Assembly: GCF_988242995.1 (NCBI RefSeq)
Contig: NZ_OZ547043.1
Direction: 5' to 3' (one strand)
DNA: 64,000 nucleotides
Within the stretch, counting starts at the first letter, position 1, and each line of letters begins with the position of its first letter. The notes under the pieces were generated by a model. It had not been told where the DNA came from. It searched no databases and was given only the letters and a program-made list of their open reading frames with translations. This document shows, piece after piece, positions 11,790 through 22,837 of the stretch. The position numbers were made by a program, and so were the translations under genes.

Positions 11790-11846
11790 AATCCCTCTGA
11801 ATAGTTATTGAAGCGAGCCGCTCAATACTACACTTTTTAGCAGAGA

Positions 11847-12443
11847 TCAGTCACGCACCCAGCCTTTGCGGATCGGTAATGCAAAACAGAAACGATACCA
11901 CGATTGCAGACGTTGATAGAGTTTATGCCCCATCGCTTGCCAGATAATCTGGGCGCTAAGGCAGCCAATCATACCTGCCAGCAATCCACCGAGCATATCC
12001 AGCGGCCAGTGGACGCCAAGATAAACGCGCGACCAGGCAATGACGACGGCCAGCACCATTAAAAGTGAGCCGGACCACAGGCGATGCCAGCATAAAAATG
12101 CCAGTGCAAAGGTGAAAATCACCGTACCGTGATCGCTCGGGAATGAGTCATCCGCCGCATGATGCAGGAAGTTATAGCCGATGTTTTCGACAAAGGGTCG
12201 GTCGTGCGGAAAAAGATGCCCCATCGTCCAGGACACAAACAGGCTGACCGCCAGCGCGATAGCGATTTTTATGACCAGTTGCCGTTGTGCTGTAACCCCC
12301 CACAGCCAAAGTACCGCGGCCAGCAACGGCACCACGGTAATCAAATCTTTAGCAATAAAAATCGCCAACGAGATCATCCACGGCGCAGAGTCTGGCGTCG
12401 CGTTAATAAGAGAGAATAGAGAGAGATTCAAATTTTCCAGCAT
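11847..12443 (-). CDS. ybjG: undecaprenyl-diphosphate phosphatase YbjG (PAP2 family)
   Basis: ORF trimmed to MLENLNLSLF..., multi-pass membrane, PAP2 motifs (PSDH, SRVYLGVHWPLD). Confidence 0.9.
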   Translation of the reverse strand: MLENLNLSLFSLINATPDSAPWMISLAIFIAKDLITVVPLLAAVLWLWGVTAQRQLVIKIAIALAVSLFVSWTMGHLFPHDRPFVENIGYNFLHHAADDSFPSDHGTVIFTFALAFLCWHRLWSGSLLMVLAVVIAWSRVYLGVHWPLDMLGGLLAGMIGCLSAQIIWQAMGHKLYQRLQSWYRFCFALPIRKGWVRD

Positions 12444-12727
12444 AACTTCCCGACGCAAAGTGATTAAAAGGGAGCCAATACAGGCAAGTCGTTGAGAATA
12501 AAGTGCAGGTTAAACTGGGTAAAGCGGCATCGTCTTATTTCCCTCAAGCGGCCTGTTTACGGTGGGTGATTGTAACGGGCATAGGTTAAATAAAACTTAA
12601 AGAAAGCGTAGCTATACTCGCGATAATGTAAGAATGTGCTTAACCGTGGTTTCAGCTACAAAATTCGCTTTCTCGTTAGCTGCGCTTTTATTAAACTTTG
12701 CGCGATTATTATTGGCGAAGAAATTGC

Positions 12728-13960
12728 ATGCAAAATAAATTAGCTTCCGGTGCCAGGCTTGGACGTCAGGCGTTACTTTTCCCTCTCTGTCTGGTGCTTT
12801 ACGAATTTTCAACCTATATCGGCAACGATATGATTCAACCCGGTATGTTGGCCGTGGTGGAACAATATCAGGCGGGCATTGATTGGGTTCCTACTTCGAT
12901 GACTGCGTATCTGGCGGGCGGGATGTTTTTACAATGGCTCCTGGGGCCGCTGTCGGATCGTATTGGCCGCCGTCCGGTGATGCTGGCGGGAGTGGTGTGG
13001 TTTATCGTCACCTGTCTGGCAATATTACTGGCGCAAAACATTGAACAATTCACCCTGTTGCGCTTCTTGCAGGGCATAAGCCTCTGTTTCATTGGCGCTG
13101 TGGGATACGCCGCAATTCAGGAATCCTTCGAAGAGGCGGTTTGTATCAAGATCACCGCGCTAATGGCGAACGTGGCGCTGATTGCTCCGCTACTTGGTCC
13201 GCTGGTGGGCGCGGCGTGGATCCATGTGCTGCCCTGGGAAGGGATGTTTGTCTTGTTTGCTGCATTGGCAGCGATCTCCTTTTTCGGTCTGCAACGAGCT
13301 ATGCCTGAAACCGCCACGCGTATAGGCGAGAAACTGTCGCTGAAAGAACTCGGTCGTGACTATAAGCTGGTGCTGAAGAACGGCCGCTTTGTGGCGGGGG
13401 CGCTGGCGCTGGGATTCGTTAGCCTGCCGTTGTTGGCGTGGATCGCCCAGTCGCCGATTATCATTATTACCGGTGAGCAGTTGAGCAGCTATGAATATGG
13501 TTTGCTGCAAGTGCCTATTTTCGGGGCGTTAATTGCGGGTAACTTGCTGTTAGCGCGTCTGACCTCGCGCCGCACCGTACGTTCGCTGATTATTATGGGC
13601 GGATGGCCGATTATGATTGGTCTGTTGGTCGCTGCTGCGGCAACGGTTATCTCATCGCACGCGTATTTATGGATGACCGTCGGGTTAAGTATTTATGCTT
13701 TCGGCATTGGTCTGGCGAATGCGGGACTGGTGCGATTAACTCTGTTTGCCAGCGATATGAGTAAAGGTACGGTTTCTGCGGCGATGGGAATGCTGCAAAT
13801 GCTGATCTTTACCGTCGGTATTGAAATCAGCAAACATGCCTGGCTGAACGGGGGCAACGGACTGTTTAATCTCTTCAACCTTGTCAACGGAATTTTGTGG
13901 CTGTTGCTGATGGTTATCTTTTTAAAAGATAAACAGATGGGAAATTCGCACGAAGGATAA
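12728..13960 (+). CDS. mdfA: multidrug efflux MFS transporter MdfA (Cmr)
   Basis: ORF trimmed to [14 protein letters not shown]..., 410 aa, 12-TM MFS profile. Confidence 0.93.
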   Translation: MQNKLASGARLGRQALLFPLCLVLYEFSTYIGNDMIQPGMLAVVEQYQAGIDWVPTSMTAYLAGGMFLQWLLGPLSDRIGRRPVMLAGVVWFIVTCLAILLAQNIEQFTLLRFLQGISLCFIGAVGYAAIQESFEEAVCIKITALMANVALIAPLLGPLVGAAWIHVLPWEGMFVLFAALAAISFFGLQRAMPETATRIGEKLSLKELGRDYKLVLKNGRFVAGALALGFVSLPLLAWIAQSPIIIITGEQLSSYEYGLLQVPIFGALIAGNLLLARLTSRRTVRSLIIMGGWPIMIGLLVAAAATVISSHAYLWMTVGLSIYAFGIGLANAGLVRLTLFASDMSKGTVSAAMGMLQMLIFTVGIEISKHAWLNGGNGLFNLFNLVNGILWLLLMVIFLKDKQMGNSHEG

Positions 13961-14000
13961 AAAAATGCCTGATTGCTTTGTGCGATCAGGCATTCTCAAA

Positions 14001-14285
14001 TTAATGGTGATGGTCGTCAATCTGGTGTTCGATAACCATCCCTTCACCTACGCTGGCAAGATGGCGAACATAAGGATGCGGGCGGTAAGCCGGAGCTGGC
14101 GCGGGAGCCACATAGACGGTTTGCGGCACAGTCGCGACGCTGACCGCTTGTGGAACGCTGACTGAATCAGGAACCACAACCACTTTGTATCCACTCGGCA
14201 CATCGACGGTGACACTTTGCGCCATCGCCACACCAGTAAAGCCCATTAAAAGCGCGCCCAACAGTAGACAATTTTTCATAATCAT
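14001..14285 (-). CDS. ybjH: uncharacterized secreted protein YbjH
   Basis: 94-aa ORF with signal peptide; position between mdfA and ybjI as in K-12. Confidence 0.8.
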   Translation of the reverse strand: MIMKNCLLLGALLMGFTGVAMAQSVTVDVPSGYKVVVVPDSVSVPQAVSVATVPQTVYVAPAPAPAYRPHPYVRHLASVGEGMVIEHQIDDHHH

Positions 14286-14369
14286 TTCGCCTGAAATAAT
14301 GCAGCGGGTTAATTTGCGCGAATTATGCAGCCTTCATTCAGGTATTGTGTTGCCGGGCGTGCTGCCGTT

Positions 14370-15185
14370 TTATTGGTTAAATGGCGCTTCGTGTTTAAGC
14401 ACTTTATCGATCACATCCAGTACGCCTTCACGGTTATTGGAGCCTGCCCGGTATTTTGCCGCTGCGACGACCGCGCTGCCGGCATTTTCCATTGCAAAAC
14501 TAAAGCCTGCCTGACGCAGCATCTCAATATCGTTACCGCCATCGCCAAAGACCACCACTTCGCTGTCGTCTATTCCCCATAATTTCTGCAGTTGGCGAAG
14601 GCCATTGGCTTTATGTACGCCGGGGATAATCAGATCGATACTGCCGTTGCCGGTGTGGACCGGCACCATAATATCGCCGATGGCCTCATGTAATGCTTTT
14701 TGTACTTGTGGAATCAGTTCATCGGAAAGATTCAGACCAAACTTAAAGAAGATATCTTCTAAGTTGTCAAAGTTATCGACGTATTCCAGACGGTGATAAT
14801 ACATTTCCGCCACCGTTTTCATGGCATCGTCATATTTTTTGAGGGTATAGGCGCTATTTTTTCCGCAGGCAATAATTTCCACTTCCGGGCGCGTCAGCAA
14901 ATGTTCCACGACAGTAGCAAACGCATCCTTCGACAGCTCGCCATTAAAAACATCTTTGCCTTCGCTCACTACCCAGCCGCCGTTTTCAGCCACAAAGGCT
15001 ATTTCATTAGCAATTTCCGGAAAGAAAGAGATCAACTGATAATATTGATTCCCGCTGGCGACCACAAAGCGAATGCCTTGTGCTTTCATTTGCTGATACT
15101 GAGCCATAAACCGCTCACGGTTATAGGTTTTTTGATCGCTTAAGAAAGTACCATCCATGTCTACCGCAATTAATTTAATGCTCAT
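14370..15185 (-). CDS. ybjI: HAD-family (Cof-like) phosphatase YbjI, 5-amino-6-(5-phospho-D-ribitylamino)uracil phosphatase
   Basis: HAD motif I DMDGT near N-terminus, motif IV GDGGNDIEM; 271 aa from second Met. Confidence 0.9.
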   Translation of the reverse strand: MSIKLIAVDMDGTFLSDQKTYNRERFMAQYQQMKAQGIRFVVASGNQYYQLISFFPEIANEIAFVAENGGWVVSEGKDVFNGELSKDAFATVVEHLLTRPEVEIIACGKNSAYTLKKYDDAMKTVAEMYYHRLEYVDNFDNLEDIFFKFGLNLSDELIPQVQKALHEAIGDIMVPVHTGNGSIDLIIPGVHKANGLRQLQKLWGIDDSEVVVFGDGGNDIEMLRQAGFSFAMENAGSAVVAAAKYRAGSNNREGVLDVIDKVLKHEAPFNQ

Positions 15186-16393
15186 CAACTATTCTCCATC
15201 GCCGTCTGCGTTTTGGTATCGGGTTTGGCGACGGCTTTCGCGACAATAGCCGCGAGAATAACCAGCGCCAGTACAACCAGCATTGCACTACGTAATCCAT
15301 AATGTTCGCCGAGATAGCCCAGCAGTGGCGGCCCGACGAGGAAAGCCAGATAACCGGTCGTTGCTACCACACTGACGCGGGTTGGTGCATCGGGGCCGGT
15401 ATCGCTGGCGGCAGAAATGGTCAGCGGGAAGCCCAGCGAGGCACCCAGTCCCCAAAGTACAACAGACACCCCAGCGACCCAGGCGCTATCGACAAAAATA
15501 ATCAGCCCAATACCCAACGCTCCCATTAGTGCACTGGCCCGAACCACGGCAACGCGACTGTAACGGTCGATGAACCAACCGCCGGTAAAGCGTCCAACAG
15601 TCATCCCCAGGGTAAAACCGGCATAAATCAGCGAGCCGGAAGTAGGGCTAAAACCGTGACCGTCAACCATTAATAAGGGTAACCAGTCGTTGGCAGAACC
15701 TTCGGCAAAGGCCATCGCCAGCACCACAACACCAATCAGCAGCAACTGGATATCGCGATAAAAAGGTACGCCTTTTTCACCATGCTGGGTGCCATCGGCA
15801 GCATTTTTGCCCGTACCGTCAGGGATTGCCTGAATGGCGATATAAATAGGCGCGATGCCTACCAGCGCCGCCAATAAAATGTGCACCGTTGCCGGAACGC
15901 CAAAGGCCGTCAGTGCCATCCCGACACCAGCGCCTGCCAGCGTGCCCAGGCTATAAAAACCGTGCATCATCGGCAAAACCGTCTTATTCATTTCTCGCTC
16001 AACGGCAGCACCTTCAACGTTTATCGCCACTTCCGCAGAACCAAAACTTGCCCCAAAGACGCCGAGGCCAACCGCGAAGAGCAGGGGCGATGTCAGCCAG
16101 AGTGCCAGACTTAGTATCATCATCCCGATCAATGCGCAGGACATCGTGACCAGGATGACATTACGCGTCCCAAAGCGTTTCACTAACCACGCCGAGCAGA
16201 GAATACCGCTCATTGAACCGATCGACAGACCAAAGAGGACTCCGCCCATTTCAGCGATCGAAACAGAAAGAATATCGCGGATAGCAGGCGTACGGGTTGC
16301 CCAGGACGCCATTAACAGGCCCGGCAAAAAGAAGAACATAAACAGCGCCCAGGTTCGGCGTTTCAATGCATTACGTGAAGAATTTACGGTCAT
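15185..16393 (-). CDS. ybjJ: MFS transporter YbjJ
   Basis: 402-aa hydrophobic ORF, MFS-like; synteny. Confidence 0.88.
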
Positions 16394-16476
16394 AGATCAC
16401 GTCAAAATAAGAAGAGGGAAGACAACATTAGCAAGGTTGTGTACATTTGTACACAATTGCAGAGAGAGGAAATGAC

Positions 16477-17013
16477 ATGCGTCGCGCTAACGATCCGCAA
16501 CGGCGAGAAAAAATTATCCAGGCCACGCTGGAGGCGGTGAAACTTTACGGAATACATGCTGTTACGCACCGCAAAATTGCTACCCTTGCCGGGGTACCGT
16601 TGGGGTCGATGACCTACTATTTTTCAGGAATTGATGAGTTGTTGCTGGAGGCGTTCAGCAGTTTTACTGAGATCATGTCCCGGCAATATCAGGCATTTTT
16701 TAGCGATGTTAGTGATGCTCAAGGCGCATGCCAGGCTATCACCGATATGATCTACAGCTCACAGGTTGCAACGCCGGATAACATGGAGCTGATGTACCAG
16801 CTCTACGCGCTGGCTAGCCGAAAACCGCTATTAAAAACGGTAATGCAAAACTGGATGCAGCGCAGTCAGCAAACGCTCGAACAATGGTTTGAACCCGGAA
16901 CCGCCCGCGCGCTTGATGCGTTTATTGAGGGGATGACGCTGCATTTTGTCACCGACCGTAAGCCGCTATCGCGCGAGGAGATTTTGAGGATGGTTGAGAG
17001 GGTTGCAGGGTAG
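16477..17013 (+). CDS. rcdA: TetR-family transcriptional regulator RcdA (YbjK)
   Basis: ORF trimmed to [16 protein letters not shown]..., 178 aa, N-terminal TetR HTH. Confidence 0.9.
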   Translation: MRRANDPQRREKIIQATLEAVKLYGIHAVTHRKIATLAGVPLGSMTYYFSGIDELLLEAFSSFTEIMSRQYQAFFSDVSDAQGACQAITDMIYSSQVATPDNMELMYQLYALASRKPLLKTVMQNWMQRSQQTLEQWFEPGTARALDAFIEGMTLHFVTDRKPLSREEILRMVERVAG

Positions 17014-17032
17014 TAGATAAATTATAGGCAAC

Positions 17033-17111
17033 AAAAAACCCACCAACCTTGAACCGAAATGGCGGGGTTGATGGGCTCCACAAAATGGGGACATCAAAGA
17101 AAAGCAGTGGC
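17033..17111 (-). ncRNA. rybB: sigma-E-dependent small RNA RybB
   Basis: Reverse complement reads GCCACTGCTTTTCTTTGATGTCCCCATTTTGTGGAGCCCATCAACCCCGCCATTTCGGTTCAAGGTTGGTGGGTTTTTT, matching the RybB sequence as I recall it, with terminal hairpin and U-tract; located between rcdA and ybjL as in K-12. Confidence 0.88.
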
Positions 17112-17117
17112 ACTAAT

Positions 17118-17150
17118 TAAGACTGATGCCCTGCGGAAAAGTTCTGCGGT
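17118..17150 (-). promoter_or_regulatory. sigma-E type promoter of rybB (-35 GAACTT, -10 TCAGTCT-like)
   Basis: On minus strand: ...cagAACTTttccgcagggcatcagTCTtaattagtg immediately upstream of RybB +1; resembles the sigma-E consensus GGAACTT-N16-TCAAA. Confidence 0.5.
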
Positions 17151-17187
17151 TGTGCAAAAAAATTTCATTTTCAGGGCAACTTCAGTT

Positions 17188-18873
17188 TTATCCTAATCCT
17201 GGCCATACCATGACGATGATTGTCCCTGCCAGCGTCAGCAGGACGTTGGCGATTGCGTAAGTGCCCGCATAGCCCAGCGCCGGGATATTACTGCGAGCTG
17301 TATCACTGATGATCTCCATTGCCGGCGCGCAGGTGCGTGCGCCCATCATTGCGCCGAACAACAGTGCGCGGTTCATTCGCAATACATAAGCACCGAACAA
17401 GAAGCAGATAACCACTGGCACCAGACTGACAATCAATCCGGCAATCAACATCTGACCGCCAATCGCGCCCAGGCCGTTATTAATACCGCTACCAGCGCTC
17501 AGACCAACGCCTGCCATAAACACCATCAAGCCGAACTCCTTCACCATGCTTAATGCGCCCTGCGGAATGTAACCGAAGGTCGGGTGGTTAGCACGCATAA
17601 AGCCCAGCATAATTCCGGCGAATAACAACCCGGCAGCGTTTCCCATGCCGAAACTGAATGTGCTGAACTGGAAGGTGATCATCCCGATCATCAGCCCAAT
17701 AACAAAGAAGGCGCAGAATGCCAGCAAGTCAGTGACCTGGCTGTGAATCGAGATAAAGCCGATGCGATCGGCGATGGTTTTTACGCGACGGGCATCGCCG
17801 CTGACTTGTAAAACGTCACCTTTGTTAAGCACGACGTTGTCATCAATCGGCATCTCAATCTGGCTACGAATGACGCGGTTAAGGAAGCAACCGTGATCGG
17901 TCAACTTCAGTTGTGCCAGGCGTTTGCCAACAGCGTTATGGTTTTTAACGACCACTTCTTCAGTGACGATACGCATGTCGAGAAGGTCACGATCGAAAAC
18001 TTCTTTGCCATTACGGAAGCTGGGATCGAGTCGGGCGTGGGCGTCGGGGTAGCCTACCAACGCTATTTCATCGCCCATTTGTAGCACGGCATCACCGTCT
18101 GGATTTGCCAGAATCCCGTTACGCCGAATACGTTCAATGTAGCAGCCGGTTTGTCGATAAATACCCAGTTCACGCAGATTTTTGCCGTCGGTCCAGGCTA
18201 CCAGCTCCGGGCCGACGCGGTAGGCGCGGATCACCGGCAAATAAACCTTACGGTTGGCATCTGTGTCCAGGCCACGTTCGCGGGCGATTTGCTGGGCGCT
18301 GGTCTGTAAGTCCTGATGCTGCAATTTCGGCAAGTAACGCGCACCAACAATCAAACTCACCAGACCGATTAAATAGGTTAAGGCATACCCGAGGCTCAGA
18401 TTATCCAGTGCCAGTGAGAGCTGCCTGCTTTCCATGCCGGAATGACGCAGTGTATCGCCAGCACCGACCAAAACCGGTGTTGACGTCATAGAGCCTGCTA
18501 ACATACCGGCCGTCAGGCCAATATCCCAGCCAAACAGCTTACCTAACCCTAAGGCGATCACCAGCGCACTGCCAACCATCACCAGTGCTAACATTAGGTA
18601 ATTTTTCCCATCGCGAAAAAAAATGGAAAAAAAGTTCGGTCCGGCTTCGACCCCGACGCAGAAAATAAACAGCATAAAGCCAAGATTAAGCGCGTCGGTG
18701 TTAATGCTGAAATGTTGTTGGCCTAATAACAGCGATACGACTAAAACGCCAATGGAATTACCCAGTTGGATCGAACCAAGTCGTAATTTCCCGAGACATA
18801 GCCCAAGCGCGAGGACCACAAATAATAACAGAATGTAATTCCCATTTAACAATTCGGCGACGTTTATATTCAC
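17188..18873 (-). CDS. ybjL: putative transport protein YbjL (AAE-family transporter with tandem TrkA-C domains)
   Basis: 561-aa ORF, membrane domains flanking soluble central region; matches K-12 YbjL. Confidence 0.92.
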
Positions 18874-19142
18874 GGAGGCTAACTTCTTGTTTACTAGTAA
18901 GCTGTTGAAAGAAATGGTAATTTACGATAATGTTTTTTACCAGAATTCAGGGCGCAGATTCATTCAGCGCACCTAAACGATAGTAAAGTAACAATATATT
19001 TTACTAGTGTAATCACATTAGGTATCAACGGCTATATGAATTGCGTTGGCCTATATTAGCATGGAATGCGAAGCGGCTTTATCTTACTGAACGCCACACT
19101 GGCGAAAAATGTGTTCGATAGACGCAGTGTCAGGAGGAACGA

Positions 19143-19520
19143 GTGAAACATAAACAACGTTGGGCGGGGGCAATCTGCTGTTTTGTCCTCTTCATTGTGG
19201 TGTGCCTTTTTCTGGCGACGCACATGAAAGGCGCTTTTCGGGCTGCCGGGCATCCTGAAATCGGCTTGCTGTTTTTCATTCTTCCTGGAGCAGTTGCCAG
19301 CTTCTTTTCACAGCGTAGAGAAGTCCTGAAACCTCTGTTTGGCGCAATGCTGGCGGCACCCTGTTCAATGCTTATTATGCGGCTGTTTTTTTCACCGACC
19401 CGCTCATTCTGGCAAGAGCTGGCATGGTTACTAAGCGCGGTGTTCTGGTGTGCGCTGGGGGCACTGTGTTTCTTATTTATCAGTAGTTTGTTTAAACCAC
19501 AGCACAGAAAAAATCAGTAA
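19143..19520 (+). CDS. ybjM: inner membrane protein YbjM
   Basis: 125-aa hydrophobic ORF, GTG start preceded by GGAGG. Confidence 0.8.
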   Translation: MKHKQRWAGAICCFVLFIVVCLFLATHMKGAFRAAGHPEIGLLFFILPGAVASFFSQRREVLKPLFGAMLAAPCSMLIMRLFFSPTRSFWQELAWLLSAVFWCALGALCFLFISSLFKPQHRKNQ

Positions 19521-19549
19521 AGCCCTCAACGCGAGGGCTTGTCAGACGA

Positions 19550-19807
19550 TCAGGCGTCCAGATTTTCTTTCACCCATGCAGCAAAATCGGTATAGCCGCC
19601 GATATGTTGCTGATCGACAAAAATCTGCGGCACGGTTTCTACGGGTTTACCTGCCTTTTGTTGTAGATCTTCTTTAGTGATCCCTTCCGCACGAATATCT
19701 ACATACTGATACTGAAAATCATCGCGTTCATTGCTCAATTTCTCAGCCAGATCTTTTGCACGCACACAGTAAGGGCAACCCGGACGACCAAAAATAACGG
19801 TTTGCAT
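19550..19807 (-). CDS. grxA: glutaredoxin 1
   Basis: ORF trimmed to MQTVIFGRPGCPYC..., 85 aa, CPYC active site. Confidence 0.95.
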   Translation of the reverse strand: MQTVIFGRPGCPYCVRAKDLAEKLSNERDDFQYQYVDIRAEGITKEDLQQKAGKPVETVPQIFVDQQHIGGYTDFAAWVKENLDA

Positions 19808-19966
19808 TATTTCTCTCCTCATAGATTTATGCCTGTAATGATCACGCTAAAATGTATTCGCTGAAAGTAGGTTTAACCTGTTGCATTAATTGCTAAAAGC
19901 TATAACTGTTAAACACAATACAGTGAAAAGTTTTAGACTGAAGGCTCACTTTGCAGAGGGAAGCGT

Positions 19967-20254
19967 ATGCGCGCGATCGGTAAATTGCCTAAAAGCGTGT
20001 TGATACTGGAATTTATCGGAATGATGTTGCTGGCGGTGGCGCTGCTGTCGGTAAGCGACTCCCTGTCGCTGCCTGAGCTATTTTCTCGGCCAGAAGTGCA
20101 GATTCTGATGATTTTTCTCGGTGTTTTGCTCATGCTTCCCGCTGCGGTGGTGGTTATTTTTCAGGTGGCAAAACGTCTTGCCCCACAGCTGATGAACCGT
20201 CCACCGCAATATTCACGTTCAGAAAGAGAAAAAGATAATGACGCCAACCATTGA
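19967..20254 (+). CDS. ybjC: small membrane protein YbjC
   Basis: 95-aa ORF, two TM helices; overlaps nfsA start as in the ybjC-nfsA-rimK-ybjN cluster. Confidence 0.82.
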   Translation: MRAIGKLPKSVLILEFIGMMLLAVALLSVSDSLSLPELFSRPEVQILMIFLGVLLMLPAAVVVIFQVAKRLAPQLMNRPPQYSRSEREKDNDANH

Positions 20255-20960
20255 ACTTATTTGTGGCCATCGCTCCATTCGCCATTTCACTGATGAACCC
20301 ATTTCCGAAGCGCAGCGTGAGGCGATTATTAACAGCGCCCGTGCGACGTCCAGTTCCAGTTTTTTGCAGTGCAGTAGCATTATTCGCATTACCGACAAAG
20401 CGTTACGTGATGAACTGGTGACGCTGACCGGCGGGCAAAAACACGTAGCGCAAGCGGCGGAGTTCTGGGTGTTCTGTGCCGACTTTAACCGCCATTTACA
20501 GATCTGTCCGGATGCACAACTTGGCCTGGCGGAACAACTGTTGCTCGGTGTCGTTGATACGGCAATGATGGCGCAGAATGCATTAACCGCAGCGGAATCG
20601 CTGGGATTGGGCGGGGTATATATCGGCGGCCTGCGCAATAATATTGAAGCGGTGACGGAACTTCTGAAATTACCGCAGCATGTTCTGCCGCTGTTTGGGC
20701 TGTGCCTTGGCTGGCCTGCGGATAATCCAGATCTGAAGCCGCGTTTACCGGCCTCCATTTTGGTGCATGAAAACAGCTATCAACCGCTGGATAAAGACGC
20801 ACTGGCGCAGTATGACGAACAACTGGCGGAATATTACCTCACCCGTGGCAGCAATAATCGCCGGGATACCTGGAGCGATCATATCCGCCGAACAATCATT
20901 AAAGAAAGCCGCCCATTTATTCTGGATTATTTGCACAAACAGGGTTGGGCGACGCGCTAA
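20238..20960 (+). CDS. nfsA: oxygen-insensitive NADPH nitroreductase NfsA
   Basis: 240-aa ORF matching K-12 NfsA (MTPTIELICGHRSIRHF...). Confidence 0.95.
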   Translation: MTPTIELICGHRSIRHFTDEPISEAQREAIINSARATSSSSFLQCSSIIRITDKALRDELVTLTGGQKHVAQAAEFWVFCADFNRHLQICPDAQLGLAEQLLLGVVDTAMMAQNALTAAESLGLGGVYIGGLRNNIEAVTELLKLPQHVLPLFGLCLGWPADNPDLKPRLPASILVHENSYQPLDKDALAQYDEQLAEYYLTRGSNNRRDTWSDHIRRTIIKESRPFILDYLHKQGWATR

Positions 20961-21020
20961 AACCGCCACATCGATGTATGATACGCGGGCTTTTGACCAG
21001 GTCTGACAGAGAGGTGCAGG

Positions 21021-21923
21021 GTGAAAATTGCCATATTGTCCCGGGATGGAACGCTCTATTCGTGTAAGCGGCTGCGTGAAGCCGCTATACAGCGCGGTCA
21101 CCTGGTTGAAATTCTTGATCCGCTTTCTTGCTACATGAACATAAATCCTGCGGCGTCTTCTATTCACTACAAAGGCCGCAAGTTACCCCATTTTGACGCA
21201 GTGATCCCGCGTATTGGCACCGCCATTACCTTTTATGGGACGGCGGCACTGCGCCAGTTCGAGATGCTGGGGAGCTATCCGCTCAATGAGTCGGTCGCCA
21301 TTGCCCGGGCGCGTGACAAATTGCGTTCCATGCAACTGCTGGCGCGTCAGGGCATCGACCTGCCTGTCACGGGCATTGCGCATTCGCCGGATGATACCAG
21401 CGATTTAATCGACATGGTCGGTGGTGCGCCGCTGGTGGTCAAGCTGGTTGAAGGCACGCAGGGAATTGGTGTCGTGCTGGCGGAGACGCGCCAGGCGGCG
21501 GAAAGCGTGATTGACGCTTTCCGCGGTCTGAACGCGCATATTCTGGTGCAGGAATATATCAAAGAGGCGCAAGGGTGCGATATCCGCTGTCTGGTTGTTG
21601 GCGATGAAGTGGTCGCTGCGATTGAACGGCGGGCGAAAGAGGGCGATTTTCGTTCCAATTTGCATCGTGGCGGCGCGGCAAGCGTCGCCAGTATCACACC
21701 ACAGGAGCGTGAAATCGCGATAAAAGCCGCGCGAACGATGGCGCTGGACGTTGCTGGTGTGGATATTCTGCGTGCTAATCGCGGGCCGTTGGTGATGGAA
21801 GTGAATGCGTCGCCGGGGCTGGAAGGAATAGAAAAAACCACCGGTATCGACATCGCGGGTAAAATGATCCGCTGGATCGAACGCCACGCTACGACAGAAT
21901 ATTGCCTGAAAACGGGTGGTTAG
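21021..21923 (+). CDS. rimK: ribosomal protein S6 glutamate ligase RimK (ATP-grasp)
   Basis: 300-aa ORF, ATP-grasp motifs; matches K-12 RimK. Confidence 0.95.
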   Translation: MKIAILSRDGTLYSCKRLREAAIQRGHLVEILDPLSCYMNINPAASSIHYKGRKLPHFDAVIPRIGTAITFYGTAALRQFEMLGSYPLNESVAIARARDKLRSMQLLARQGIDLPVTGIAHSPDDTSDLIDMVGGAPLVVKLVEGTQGIGVVLAETRQAAESVIDAFRGLNAHILVQEYIKEAQGCDIRCLVVGDEVVAAIERRAKEGDFRSNLHRGGAASVASITPQEREIAIKAARTMALDVAGVDILRANRGPLVMEVNASPGLEGIEKTTGIDIAGKMIRWIERHATTEYCLKTGG

Positions 21924-22010
21924 TCGCAATCACATTACTGATCATGGTTTTGCCTGCGCTTTTTGCGTAAGCTGTGCCGGTCTTTTTATCGAAAGAGGTT
22001 GTACAAAATT

Positions 22011-22487
22011 ATGACATCGCTGGTCGTTCCTGGTCTGGATACGCTGCGTCAATGGCTCGATGACCTGGGGATGAGTTTTTTTGAATGTGATAACTGTCAG
22101 GCTCTGCATCTGCCCCATATGCAGAATTTCGACGGTGTCTTTGATGCCAAAATCGATCTGATCGATAACACGATCCTGTTTTCTGCCATGGCGGAAGTCC
22201 GACCTTCAGCCGTATTGCCCCTGGCGGCAGATTTATCTGCCATCAATGCCAGTTCGCTGACCGTGAAAGCATTTCTTGATATGCAGGATGATAATCTGCC
22301 AAAGCTGGTGGTTTGCCAGTCTTTATCCGTTATGCAGGGCGTAACCTATGAGCAGTTTGCATGGTTCGTGCGTCAGAGCGAAGAGCAGATTTCGATGGTC
22401 ATTCTTGAAGCTAATGCCCATCAACTGCTGTTACCGACTGACGATGAAGGGCAAAACAACGTTACCGAAAACTATTTCCTCCACTGA
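22011..22487 (+). CDS. ybjN: YbjN (putative sensory transduction regulator family)
   Basis: ORF trimmed to MTSLVVPGLDTLRQW..., 158 aa. Confidence 0.88.
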   Translation: MTSLVVPGLDTLRQWLDDLGMSFFECDNCQALHLPHMQNFDGVFDAKIDLIDNTILFSAMAEVRPSAVLPLAADLSAINASSLTVKAFLDMQDDNLPKLVVCQSLSVMQGVTYEQFAWFVRQSEEQISMVILEANAHQLLLPTDDEGQNNVTENYFLH

Positions 22488-22837
22488 TAACTCCTTTCGA
22501 GTACGCAGTCGCTGCCGCAGTGACTGCGTGCTGCAAAATTATCTGCTGTTTTTAACCTTTTCTTAAAGATTATTTCACTTCTCTTGTGCCGATTTGGCTT
22601 TATCACATAGAGCAAATACGCATAAAAATTTGTTAAATACCGTTTTTTAATCCGAGCTATAGTCTCAAACCCTGGCTAAAGTTATTCTTGCGATGCTTTT
22701 ATATAGCGAGCAGTGCTGGCCGGGAGAGAGTTCTCTTTTCTTACACCGCGCCGATAAAAAATATGCACGTTTATTGCATATCTTTCAGTGTGACAACTTT
22801 TGTTCGTTTGTTAACGAACTTTCAGAAGGAAAGAGAT

